DNA of 48,519 nucleotides from IMG/VR virus record IMGVR_UViG_3300010397_000018, positions 1 through 48,519 of that record; one strand, 5' to 3'. Below the pieces are notes generated by a model that was not told where the DNA came from, did not search any database, and worked only from the letters and a program-made list of their open reading frames with translations. Shown one piece after another: positions 1 to 7,502 of the stretch. The stretch's first letter is position 1. Each line of letters starts with the position of its first letter. Source of the DNA: a virus. Both the position numbers and the translations under genes were made by a program.

Positions 1-123
1 GCGGCCCAATGATTCGTGCGTAGATATTCGGGATACGGGAGGGAGCGGAGCGCGAGAATGATGGTTGCCAGCCCGTGCTCGATATTCACGGCATCCCACG
101 AGTCGCCATCCCAAAACGGGTCC
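1..123. repeat. Terminal direct repeat, copy A (identical to 48397..48519); circular-closure overlap
   Basis: Bases 1-123 (gcggcccaatgattcgtgcg ... ccaaaacgggtcc) recur base-for-base as the last 123 bases of the window; implied unit length 48396 bp. Confidence 0.95.
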
Positions 124-191
124 AGCCACGCCTCTGCGCCCGAAAGGGTCGGGGCTGTGATAGGATCATCCTGGGGCTGTCTCGCGCTCAT
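1..191 (-). CDS. 5' part of the junction-spanning HNH/zinc-ribbon gene (continues at 48396 after circular wrap; same gene as 48195..48519)
   Basis: Minus-strand reading from ATG 191..189 gives MSARQPQDDPITAPTLSGAEAWLDPFWDGDSWDAVNIEHGLATIIL... It is open and in frame with ORF 48195..48485 through the repeat. The ATG overlaps (ATGA) the stop of a 13-codon mini-ORF. Confidence 0.6.
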   Translation of the reverse strand, partial: MSARQPQDDPITAPTLSGAEAWLDPFWDGDSWDAVNIEHGLATIILALRSLPYPEYLRTNHWA

Positions 192-225
192 TGCATTTCT
201 TCGGCAGGTTTACGGCTGGGGCGGT

Positions 226-963
226 TCATGGTTCGGTGTGTAAAATTCTCCATGCGAGCGCAGCCACTCTTGGAATTTGTCCATTCCCAATGGCGCTGAT
301 GCGGTCCACGTAGTTGGCCACCCCATTACTTCCTCTGCAAAGTCCGGATGCGTGTATTGAGGATCGGTTTCGCATAGCCTCAATCCCTCTGACATCTTCG
401 CCCCACGGAAATGGGGTGAACCGCGAAAGCGCGGCTTCGACGCCCCCTTGAACTCGTTTTTCCCAATGGTTGGCAGCGAGTATCCATAGCCTTTCACGCT
501 GGTGTCGTGCGCCAACATCTCCGCCTGAAAACACTCCCCATCTAGCATCATACCCCATTTCGGCCAAGTCCCACAAAACACGCCACAGCCCTCGGGAGGT
601 GAGTCGTGGGGAGTTTTCCACAAAAACAAATCGTGGCTGAACTTCGCGAACGATTCTGGCCTGTTCTCTCCATAGTGCGCTCCTGGGGTCCGATAGTCCG
701 GATGCGAAGGGATTTGCCTGGCTGATTCCTTGGCACGGAAATCCGCCGGCGACGACATCGACATGCCCGCGCCACGGCTTGCCGTCGAAGGTGGTAACAT
801 CATCCCAAATGGGAAACTTTGGGAGGATGCCGTCTCGTTGCCGCTGCAAGAGCACTTTTCGGCAGTAGGGTTCAATTTCCACAGCACAGACGCAGGTATG
901 TCCGAGAAGCATTCCGCCGAGGATTCCTCCCCCTGCTCCTGCAAAAAGGTGTAGCTCACGCAT
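226..963 (-). CDS. DNA (cytosine-5) methyltransferase, short target-recognition domain
   Basis: Motif I LFAGAGGG, motif IV GGFPCQ, motif VI FVFVENSP, motif VIII QRERLWILA, motif X GNGQIPRVA. AAGGAG lies 5-6 nt upstream of the ATG. Confidence 0.92.
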   Translation of the reverse strand: MRELHLFAGAGGGILGGMLLGHTCVCAVEIEPYCRKVLLQRQRDGILPKFPIWDDVTTFDGKPWRGHVDVVAGGFPCQGISQANPFASGLSDPRSALWREQARIVREVQPRFVFVENSPRLTSRGLWRVLWDLAEMGYDARWGVFSGGDVGARHQRERLWILAANHWEKRVQGGVEAALSRFTPFPWGEDVRGIEAMRNRSSIHASGLCRGSNGVANYVDRISAIGNGQIPRVAALAWRILHTEP

Positions 964-984
964 GCGCTCCTTTCATGTTTCGGT

Positions 985-1036
985 GTAAAAGAAAGCCCGC
1001 CGCGTTCTGGTCTTGCACTCCAGAGCCGCGACGGGC
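985..1036 (-). terminator. Possible intrinsic terminator (hairpin plus U-tract on the minus-strand RNA)
   Basis: Minus RNA GCCCGUCGCG...CGCGGCGGGC (995..1004 pairs with 1027..1036; the G.U pair forms only on the minus strand), followed by UUUCUUUUAC. It conflicts with an open 50-codon ORF (973..1125) covering the same stretch. Confidence 0.35.
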
Positions 1037-1141
1037 GAATCGAAATTTAAATGCATCGGTGCAAGCGATGTGTCGCACGGCCAAAAGCCACTGCTGGCGA
1101 CCCTGTGAAAATAGGCAAAGATCATGGTTCGGTCAAGCACA

Positions 1142-1768
1142 TCATGCTTCGGGGCTGTCGATTTTTGCGGGGTGGGTGGAGGCGTCGATGGCTTGGTTCA
1201 GCCGCTCCCGGTCCTTCCGCATCTCCGCCGCCTCTTTCTCCAGTTCGGCGATGCGGGCGCGGGCATCGGAGAGTTCACCTTTAAGGCGTTGCACGTGCCC
1301 GCTGACATTCTGGTATGCGGCCTCTTTATCGTCCACTTCTCTGCAAAGCTTGTGGACCTCATTTTCCAGATCGTCGCGTTGTTGAATGACCGGCACCCGT
1401 TGGCGGGTGACTTTTTCGGCGCGATCGCATAAACCACGAATCTCGTTCGCCATCGCACTATCGTTTCCAGTGAGCGCAGCTTTGATGCGCTGGAACTCGT
1501 CAATGTTCAGATCGAGATTGTCCGTAAGATGATCCACCTCCGCCAACAGCCCGAGGATGGTCTGTGGGTCGGCGGCGGCGATGTAGGAGGCGTCTTTTTG
1601 TGCCTGTTGTTCTGCGGGCTCTCCGGGTTCGCTGGTTTCGTCTTCTCCGATGGCGCAAGCCGGGCCAGTGGCGCGCCATTCGTCGCCATCGGTTTCAAGC
1701 CAAACGCCACTTGACCATTGTTTGCTCGCCCCTTCCGCCAGCCGCTTGAGTTCGGAGGGAGGGGTCAT
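1142..1768 (-). CDS. Hypothetical coiled-coil protein (possibly ead/Ea22-like)
   Basis: 208-aa ORF; the ATG overlaps the upstream stop (ATGA). Acidic N-terminal half, heptad-like C-terminal half. AADPQTILGLLAEV resembles the Ea22-like N-terminal motif, from memory only. Confidence 0.55.
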   Translation of the reverse strand: MTPPSELKRLAEGASKQWSSGVWLETDGDEWRATGPACAIGEDETSEPGEPAEQQAQKDASYIAAADPQTILGLLAEVDHLTDNLDLNIDEFQRIKAALTGNDSAMANEIRGLCDRAEKVTRQRVPVIQQRDDLENEVHKLCREVDDKEAAYQNVSGHVQRLKGELSDARARIAELEKEAAEMRKDRERLNQAIDASTHPAKIDSPEA

Positions 1769-1941
1769 GGCTGAACTACAGTGCAGGTTTCTTTTTCGGT
1801 ATCAATTTCAACCGTGATGATTTCTCCATACTTTATGAATTTCTTCGCAATGGGCTCCACTAACTCGCGGTCGTCTGGAGAAAGATCTTGGATTGCGTAG
1901 AATAGCGCGTCTGGCGTTTTGAATGTAATTTTGGTCTTCAT
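1765..1941 (-). CDS. Small conserved hypothetical protein, paralog of 45299..45535
   Basis: MKTKITFKTPDALFYAIQ...KYGEIITVEIDTEKETCTVVQP aligns with MKYRITMKDPDGPYEAIQ...EYGEYVTLEIDTEANTCVVVPRK. Start trimmed to the internal ATG because the longer ORF overlaps the upstream gene. Confidence 0.7.
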   Translation of the reverse strand: MKTKITFKTPDALFYAIQDLSPDDRELVEPIAKKFIKYGEIITVEIDTEKETCTVVQP

Positions 1942-1960
1942 TTGTTCGTGTATTTGAAAT

Positions 1961-2797
1961 TCACTTGGCCGGTGGAGGGGTCGCTCCTCCGCAGCCACAG
2001 CCTCCCCAGTCGTGCTTATCCATAAGCTCCCCGGCTTCGATGCGCTGGCGGAGTTGCCAGAGGTAAAGGTTGTTATGCACCCCACCGCGCCGGTCCTTCA
2101 ACATCGACCAGGGCGTTCCGCCATCGTTTGTGATTTGTTGAGCCGTAAATCGCTCTTCCTCTTCCCACTCGGCGAAAGCTGGCTCGTCCACGTGGTAGAG
2201 ATGCACCCAATGGGAGATGCCGGCGCGGACGCATCGACCTCCGCAGTTGTTGTGCGGAAAGCCAAGCGTGTAAAGGCGCGGGATCTTCAACCCCAGCTTC
2301 TCCGCCTCGGCCTGCATTTTGCACTTATCCCAATACGGGGCCTCGGTCATCGGCGCTTCAATCCGCCAAGAGGGCAGCTCGCGCCGCAAATCGTCCAGGC
2401 GCTTTCCTTCCGTCCAGTCGAAGCCCATGTAGAGCACCGAGGAAAGCTCCATGCAGTTTTCGCGGCGCCAGCGGTCCAGCGGTTCGCGCTTGAGGTAGAT
2501 GGAGCAAATCGGGAAGCGAGCGTTCCCGATGATTCCTTTCTCGCGGAAGAGCTGCCACGGCGTGCGCCCATCGGCGATGCGGGTAATCGGAACGCCGAGG
2601 AGACGCGCGGCTTGCTCGTTGAATGTGTAAAGCTCTTCGTCCTCGATGAGCGTATCCGCGAACAGCAAAACGGTGTCCTTGGCGCCATGCTCTGCGACCA
2701 CGCGATGAGCCGCCCAAAAGGAGCAGAGCCCGCCGGAGAAATTGACGACGTGTTTCACGCGAGCTCCTTTCCAGCCTCCAAAACCTCCCTGCGCCAC
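1961..2797 (-). CDS. PP-loop ATP pyrophosphatase, PAPS reductase/DndC-like family
   Basis: PP-loop VVNFSGGLCS; PICSIYLKREPLDRW resembles the CC..K..PL motif of the PAPS reductase family; C-terminal Cys clusters NCGGRCVRAG and GGCGCGG. Confidence 0.7.
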   Translation of the reverse strand: MAQGGFGGWKGARVKHVVNFSGGLCSFWAAHRVVAEHGAKDTVLLFADTLIEDEELYTFNEQAARLLGVPITRIADGRTPWQLFREKGIIGNARFPICSIYLKREPLDRWRRENCMELSSVLYMGFDWTEGKRLDDLRRELPSWRIEAPMTEAPYWDKCKMQAEAEKLGLKIPRLYTLGFPHNNCGGRCVRAGISHWVHLYHVDEPAFAEWEEEERFTAQQITNDGGTPWSMLKDRRGGVHNNLYLWQLRQRIEAGELMDKHDWGGCGCGGATPPPAK

Positions 2798-3027
2798 CGC
2801 TCGATCTGCGGTCTGCCGACCTCGCGGAGATCCACGGGGAGCTTGGTGTTGCCGACGATCAGCGTCGCGGCGAGCAGTTCAACGTCCGGCTCGCTCGGCT
2901 CTTCCAGCGGCTCGCCGAAGCTGCCGCACGCGCCCGGCGATCCAGGCACAACCGCATACCGAATCCGGACCGTCAGCCAGTCCGTCAGCTCGGAGTCGTG
3001 CTCGTGGGTGGGGAGGGGCATGGTCAT
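2755..3027 (-). CDS. Hypothetical protein (90 aa)
   Basis: ATG 3027 forms an ATGA overlap with the upstream stop; no recognisable motif. Confidence 0.55.
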   Translation of the reverse strand: MTMPLPTHEHDSELTDWLTVRIRYAVVPGSPGACGSFGEPLEEPSEPDVELLAATLIVGNTKLPVDLREVGRPQIERWRREVLEAGKELA

Positions 3028-3533
3028 ACGCTCCAATCCTCGATGGGTTCGACGGCGAGCGTTGCGCGGCAAAGGCTGTCCATCGTGTAGACCTTGACGC
3101 TGATGCCCTTTTCGCACTTCGGCGCTACGCGGCGCAGGGCGCTCACTAATAATCCGACCTCATGGCTGGCTGAATGCTCTCCAATCCACTGCGGCTTTGC
3201 GGTCTCGCGCAAGATGGTGGCGCCCAACTCAAGGAGACCCCAATTCTCGGGCAGTTCGCTTGGTTTGAGGAGCCCAGCCGGAGCGCAGTAGTAACGCCAT
3301 CCGCCCATTCCCCGCTCTGGCATCCTGCGAAACATCTTATGCCGGTCGGCAAAGAAGTCTGCGCGGCTGGCTTTGCACTCGATCAGCGTCGAGATGCCGC
3401 CACGCCAACCAATGGCGTCCGCCGTCTCGCCGCCGCCGTGGCTCATTTCGGTGATGACCACCGAGTGTCCTTTGCGGGCCAGCCAGCGCGCGGCTTGGTC
3501 AACGAGCAGAGAGTGGGTGAATTGGGCGCTCAT
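3024..3533 (-). CDS. PD-(D/E)xK nuclease, MmcB-like
   Basis: ETADAIGWRGGISTLIECKASRADFFAD matches the E..D-(n)-E.K.SraDf signature of MmcB-family proteins; ATGA coupling at both ends. Confidence 0.65.
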   Translation of the reverse strand: MSAQFTHSLLVDQAARWLARKGHSVVITEMSHGGGETADAIGWRGGISTLIECKASRADFFADRHKMFRRMPERGMGGWRYYCAPAGLLKPSELPENWGLLELGATILRETAKPQWIGEHSASHEVGLLVSALRRVAPKCEKGISVKVYTMDSLCRATLAVEPIEDWSV

Positions 3534-3949
3534 AGATTTTCGAGAGCTTCAACACACACCGTGATCCCCGGCTTATCCGCCCACCGCTTCGACAGCCGCA
3601 CGTCGCACACCTGCGCGTCGTCGTTCCAAAAGCGGAGCGTGGTCATGCAGTCCTCGAGGAGCTTGATCATATTGCTCAAGTCAGGGCGCACGTCGCACCA
3701 GCGGGCGCCAGCGGCGCGGTTGCGCTTCGTCTCACTCTTCCGCCACGGCATGCGCCAATCGACCGTGAGGCGCAGCGGACCGGCGAGCGGAGCGGCGGGC
3801 GCGTGAGGCTGAAGCAGCGCCAATAGCGAGTTCTCGGCCTGCGCCACGGGCTTCTTTTTGAAGAAGCGGATTCCCATTGGCGTGCGGCACGCGCCCTTTT
3901 GCTGCGCCGTCACTTTCGGGGGCACGCAGGGGATGGTGAAGAGGATCAT
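3530..3949 (-). CDS. rusA: RusA-family Holliday junction resolvase
   Basis: RPDLSNMIKLLEDCMTTLRFWNDDAQVCDVRLSKRW matches the RusA core (pDlDNl.K...D.L....w.DD.qv); start trimmed to MILFTIP (ATGA overlap with the dnaN stop). Confidence 0.8.
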   Translation of the reverse strand: MILFTIPCVPPKVTAQQKGACRTPMGIRFFKKKPVAQAENSLLALLQPHAPAAPLAGPLRLTVDWRMPWRKSETKRNRAAGARWCDVRPDLSNMIKLLEDCMTTLRFWNDDAQVCDVRLSKRWADKPGITVCVEALENL

Positions 3950-5052
3950 TGGATGCGATAGGGCATCAGGACCGCGGTTGCGTCCCCGTTTCGGATCAAG
4001 CATGGGTCGGAAGCGCTCTGAAGGTTGATCGTGCACTCTTCGCCGCCGACCAGAGCCAAGGCCTGACGAAGTTGATCTGGCGCATACGCAACCTCGGTAG
4101 GCTTTCGGTCCTTCTTGCTGCCCAGCCTCTCCACCGGCGCGACGCCATCACACTGGCCGGGAGTGTTGCTGGAAATGGTGATCTCGCTCTCACTGGCGGC
4201 CACTTTTACCGAGGGCGCAGTTTCACTGACGCACAGGCCAGCGAAAGCGAGCGCTGCGAGCATTTCAGAGCGAGCGAAAGTGATGTTGAATTTTCCCTCG
4301 GCGGGAATGATGGGCGCGTAATTGGGGTATTCGCCTTCGATCAGCTTCGAGCAAAGCGTCCAATCGTGACCACGCGCACGAATGCCGCTCTCGCCAATCG
4401 CAAAGGAGGTCACCGAGTCTTGCGGAGCGTCTGCCCCATCCAGCGCCACCAGAATCTTTACCGATGCATTTGGAATGATCGCCTCCGCTGGCAGCTTTGG
4501 CATTGATTCCACCAACTTCAGGCCAAGAACCTTCCCCGTGGTCGCCACAGCAGCCATGGATCTCAGGTCTTTGCGATAGTGCATGCAGACGCCGCAAACC
4601 CGCTCCCTGGAAGGGTCATTGCTGGCGAATGGAGCTACAGCGGCGATGGTGGTACCCAGCAGTCCAGCGGGGATTTCCACGGCTCCATCAAGAGTGGCGG
4701 GAATTTTCGGAAATTCTTCAACCGGGAGCGTGAAGAGATTCATCACACGCTCGCCGCCGGTGACGGTCAGCTTGCCCTTCTCGTGCACGAGGTTGACATC
4801 CAGGGAGTCCATTTTTTGGAGCGCCGCGCCGAGACGCGAAGCCGAGACCGCGCACGAGCCCTCGGTATCCACGGTGGCCTCGGATTGAATGGAAAGATAG
4901 CGATCCAGGTCCGAGCATGTCGCCGTAAGCACGCCCGTCTTGGCGTCCAGAAGCACGCACAGCAGCGCGGGCAGCGAGAGTCGGCCAACGATAACCTTGC
5001 TGGCCTTGGTGACGCACTCGATGAGTTTGGTTCGATTGATGGTGAGTTTCAT
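3946..5052 (-). CDS. dnaN: DNA polymerase III beta sliding clamp
   Basis: 368 aa. MKLTINRTKLIECV start, LIEGEYPNY (clamp ...dg.FPdY motif), C-terminal LMPYRIQ, three-domain length. Confidence 0.85.
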   Translation of the reverse strand: MKLTINRTKLIECVTKASKVIVGRLSLPALLCVLLDAKTGVLTATCSDLDRYLSIQSEATVDTEGSCAVSASRLGAALQKMDSLDVNLVHEKGKLTVTGGERVMNLFTLPVEEFPKIPATLDGAVEIPAGLLGTTIAAVAPFASNDPSRERVCGVCMHYRKDLRSMAAVATTGKVLGLKLVESMPKLPAEAIIPNASVKILVALDGADAPQDSVTSFAIGESGIRARGHDWTLCSKLIEGEYPNYAPIIPAEGKFNITFARSEMLAALAFAGLCVSETAPSVKVAASESEITISSNTPGQCDGVAPVERLGSKKDRKPTEVAYAPDQLRQALALVGGEECTINLQSASDPCLIRNGDATAVLMPYRIQ

Positions 5053-5064
5053 TTGGTGGGTAAA

Positions 5065-5382
5065 TTACTTGGCGTTCGCGGCGGCCACTTGGCGGCGCTC
5101 CTCGGCGTAGATCCACGCGATGCACTCGCGGAGGCTCGTGATGTAATCGAGGTGATCGGGGGAGATGCCGTTCAGTTGGTCTTTAAGCTTCTGGCCCCAG
5201 TGGGTCAGGCTTGCGGACCATCCCTCCTCCGCATTGCAGATGGATTCGGTGACGGACTTTGCCTTTTTGGAGTCCTCGATTTGCTCAAGGTCATCGCAGA
5301 GCATTCCGGCGAGCCGGTCGCGCGTGGCGCGGGCCTGAGTCAGGCAGGTGAATTTTGGTTCGGGTGTGGCGTGGGTTTTCAT
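5065..5382 (-). CDS. Hypothetical protein (105 aa)
   Basis: Clean ORF in operon orientation; no motif recognised. Confidence 0.6.
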   Translation of the reverse strand: MKTHATPEPKFTCLTQARATRDRLAGMLCDDLEQIEDSKKAKSVTESICNAEEGWSASLTHWGQKLKDQLNGISPDHLDYITSLRECIAWIYAEERRQVAAANAK

Positions 5383-5404
5383 GGTCTTGTTTCGGTCAGG
5401 GTTT

Positions 5405-5442
5405 CCGTCCCGAGGCTCCTCGACTCCTCAGCCCCGGGACGG
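5405..5442 (-). other. Stable intergenic hairpin (13 bp; better paired on the minus-strand RNA)
   Basis: ccgtcccg (5405-5412) pairs with cgggacgg (5435-5442), plus an inner 5-bp extension whose A/C position becomes G.U on the minus-strand transcript. There is no U-tract, so it is not a classical terminator. Confidence 0.5.
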
Positions 5443-5464
5443 ATTTCCCCCTATCGCACAAATC

Positions 5465-6271
5465 TTACGCGACTTTTTCGGCCTCCTTTTGCATCCAGGG
5501 CGGCAGTCCAATCCACATTGGGTCCTCGGAATACCCGGGCCAGTGGTTGGAGGCTAAGCACTCGCGGTAAATCGTGAGATCGCGCTGGTAGAGCGAGCGG
5601 CCAAGGCTCAGCGCCGTGTCGTCCAGCGTGTAGACGGCCACTGCGTACGGCGGGCGCTTCTCCACGGCGATGAACGCAAACATTTCAAACTCACGCCCGG
5701 CCAGCTTGCAGCCGTCGATGTAGTAGGCCGCTTGGCAGAAGTAGCCATAGGTCGCGATCGAGCGCGCGAAGTCTTCATCCGCCGCGCTTTCGCACGTCTT
5801 CAGGTCGGGCAGGATGTTCCCGGCCTTCGGCAGCACGTCGGGGCGCAGCTTGCGCAGGGTGCCGTGCGAATCGTTCACGAACAGGCTCCGCTCATATTCG
5901 GCGTTTTTGAGCAGACGCGACGCGGTTTTGTGCCGGTGGACGGCGGTCTTCATGGCGTCGATGCTCGCGGCGTCATCGGCGCTCACGGCGGGCTTGTCCT
6001 GGTGCGTTGCCGCCCATTCTTTTCCGGCCTTGGTCCGCATGTCCAAGTCACGGGGCTTGACGTGGAAGAGTAGAGAATCGGGCGTGAGGATCGCTGCATG
6101 GACGAGCGTCCCGAACTCCTGCGCCGGCGTTGGCTCGGGTGGGTTCTGCATCTGCCACCACAAATGCAGCGGCGTGCTTTCGCGGATGACCTTCAGCATG
6201 GAGGCGCTGACGCCTTTCGCCGCGAGGTATTGCGCGTGCGACAGTTCTTGAATGGCAGTGTGTTCGCTCAT
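5465..6271 (-). CDS. PD-(D/E)xK exonuclease (RecE/DUF3799-like), partner of RecT
   Basis: RPDVLPKAGNILPDLKT and CQAAYYIDG (D...D.K plus QxxxY) motifs; sits immediately downstream of recT; start trimmed to MSEHTAIQ (ATG 6271, 2 nt after the recT stop). Confidence 0.75.
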   Translation of the reverse strand: MSEHTAIQELSHAQYLAAKGVSASMLKVIRESTPLHLWWQMQNPPEPTPAQEFGTLVHAAILTPDSLLFHVKPRDLDMRTKAGKEWAATHQDKPAVSADDAASIDAMKTAVHRHKTASRLLKNAEYERSLFVNDSHGTLRKLRPDVLPKAGNILPDLKTCESAADEDFARSIATYGYFCQAAYYIDGCKLAGREFEMFAFIAVEKRPPYAVAVYTLDDTALSLGRSLYQRDLTIYRECLASNHWPGYSEDPMWIGLPPWMQKEAEKVA

Positions 6272-6272
6272 G

Positions 6273-6941
6273 TTACCAGGTCTGCTCGGGCGCTTTGTCC
6301 AGGTCGTTGTCGCTCGGCTCACGTTCCGGCAGCGCCGGGACGGCAGCGGGCTCCGGCAACGTGTCGGCGAATTTGATGCCAGTCACTTCGCGGGCGTTGG
6401 CGGCTTTGGTGGGCGTGTAATCCTCCACTTCCTCGCGAACTCCGACGCCCTTCAGCGCATCGGGAAATGCGTCGCGAATCGCCCAGGAGCGCGCCCGCAT
6501 GGCCATCATGCGCCGCGGATATTTCTTCCACACCGGCCCATCCAGCAATCCGGCACGAACGGCATCCCTGACGCTGAAGGTGCGCGTGACTGGCTCCTTG
6601 CCCGTGCGCTTCACCACACAGCGGGCGAGCTTCTTTTCCTCGTCTTCGCTGTCCTCAAAGGTTTCGATCACATCCTCGCATTCGGGATGCGCTTTGACGA
6701 CGGCCAGCGCACCATCGCCCCAAATCACAGGACGGTTGTTGATGACGGCGACCGATTGAAGGGCCTGCATGGGCGACAGCCCAAGCTCCATACCGTATTG
6801 CATCGCCACCATGATCGCCTCGGGCGACTTCAGGTCCTTTGGCGCGAGCTGCGAGGCGTGAATGGTTTGCGCGAACTGCGCCATGTCGGCGAGCGAGCGG
6901 AGCTGTACGGGCGCGGATGTGGTAGCGAGTTGGGAGTCCAT
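6273..6941 (-). CDS. recT: RecT-family single-strand annealing recombinase
   Basis: AIMVAMQYGMELGLSPMQALQSVAVINNRPVIWGDGALAVV and KKYPRRMMAMRARSWAIRDAFPD match the RecT core; the R/P-rich N-terminal extension of the long ORF was rejected. Confidence 0.85.
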   Translation of the reverse strand: MDSQLATTSAPVQLRSLADMAQFAQTIHASQLAPKDLKSPEAIMVAMQYGMELGLSPMQALQSVAVINNRPVIWGDGALAVVKAHPECEDVIETFEDSEDEEKKLARCVVKRTGKEPVTRTFSVRDAVRAGLLDGPVWKKYPRRMMAMRARSWAIRDAFPDALKGVGVREEVEDYTPTKAANAREVTGIKFADTLPEPAAVPALPEREPSDNDLDKAPEQTW

Positions 6942-6943
6942 GT

Positions 6944-7213
6944 TTAAAAGTCGGTGGTGCTTCGGCGGGGTTGCTGTTGCTGTTGGGATTCGGAGTGCTG
7001 TCCGCCCTTCTTGGTCTTGGCCTTCACGCGGACGCTGAGGAATTGTTTGCCGGCGCCCGTCTTCTTCAGCCACCCGTCGAGGAAAGCTTCCCACTGCGCC
7101 TGGCACGCAGGGCACTCCAGCATGATCGTGCCGGTGCGGTCGGGGTGCTTGTCTTCGGTCTTCTTGTCGTTCTGCCACAAGGAGCCGGAATTTGGTTTTT
7201 GTTCGTAGGCCAT
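6944..7213 (-). CDS. Small basic protein with a CxxC motif and a Q-rich tail ending in DF (possible ssDNA-binding accessory protein)
   Basis: 89 aa. KPNSGSLWQNDKKTEDKHPDRTG N-terminus, CPACQ, QQQQQPRRSTTDF tail; positioned directly upstream of recT. Confidence 0.45.
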   Translation of the reverse strand: MAYEQKPNSGSLWQNDKKTEDKHPDRTGTIMLECPACQAQWEAFLDGWLKKTGAGKQFLSVRVKAKTKKGGQHSESQQQQQPRRSTTDF

Positions 7214-7216
7214 AAA

Positions 7217-7402
7217 CTATTCGCGTTCGAGGAGGACGTAGCGGGTGCCGATGCGGGGCGTGACGATTCTCATGCCTTCGATTTCCAAGGGCGGCTTGGG
7301 CATTTCACCTGGAGGCTGTTTCTCCATCATGCGCACGGGGATTTCTCCGCCTTGCTTTGTGCGATGCTTTTCCAATTCGATAATCAGGTCTTCGAGGCTC
7401 AT
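7217..7402 (-). CDS. Hypothetical protein (61 aa)
   Basis: Internal ATG of ORF 7217..7807; the upstream part of that ORF is R/P-rich and overlaps other genes. Confidence 0.45.
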   Translation of the reverse strand: MSLEDLIIELEKHRTKQGGEIPVRMMEKQPPGEMPKPPLEIEGMRIVTPRIGTRYVLLERE

Positions 7403-7404
7403 GG

Positions 7405-7500
7405 CTATTTCCGTTTGGATTTGCGCTTCAGGACCCACGCGAGCCCGACGACCGAGAGCGTGCCGACGATCGCGAGTCCGGCTTTGAGGTTGTCGGTCAT
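7405..7500 (-). CDS. Mini membrane protein (31 aa)
   Basis: Hand translation gives MTDNLKAGLAIVGTLSVVGLAWVLKRKSKRK: one TM helix plus a basic tail. It fits exactly between neighbouring genes and is below the ORF-track length cut-off. Confidence 0.45.
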   Translation of the reverse strand: MTDNLKAGLAIVGTLSVVGLAWVLKRKSKRK

Positions 7501-7502
7501 GG

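Noticed and set aside
1-123. Interpreting the 123-bp end repeat as a physical T7-like direct terminal repeat or as an IS/LTR element
   Set aside because: It lies within a continuous coding frame and an ATGA-coupled operon, and there are no inverted repeats or transposase. An assembly closure overlap is the simpler explanation. This cannot be proven without reads.
210-959. 249-aa alternative minus-strand frame overlapping the methyltransferase gene
   Set aside because: The frame 226..963 contains all the C5-MTase motifs. The overlapping frame has none, so it is a frame artefact.
6942-7178. N-terminal extensions of trimmed genes (e.g. RecT 6273..7178, exonuclease to 6322, RusA to 4036, GT9 to 34716, lipoprotein/spanin to 38783)
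   Set aside because: The extensions are R/P/G-rich, overlap the preceding gene extensively and precede an internal ATG. That ATG gives an ATGA or few-nt junction and a sensible N-terminus (a signal peptide or the family start).
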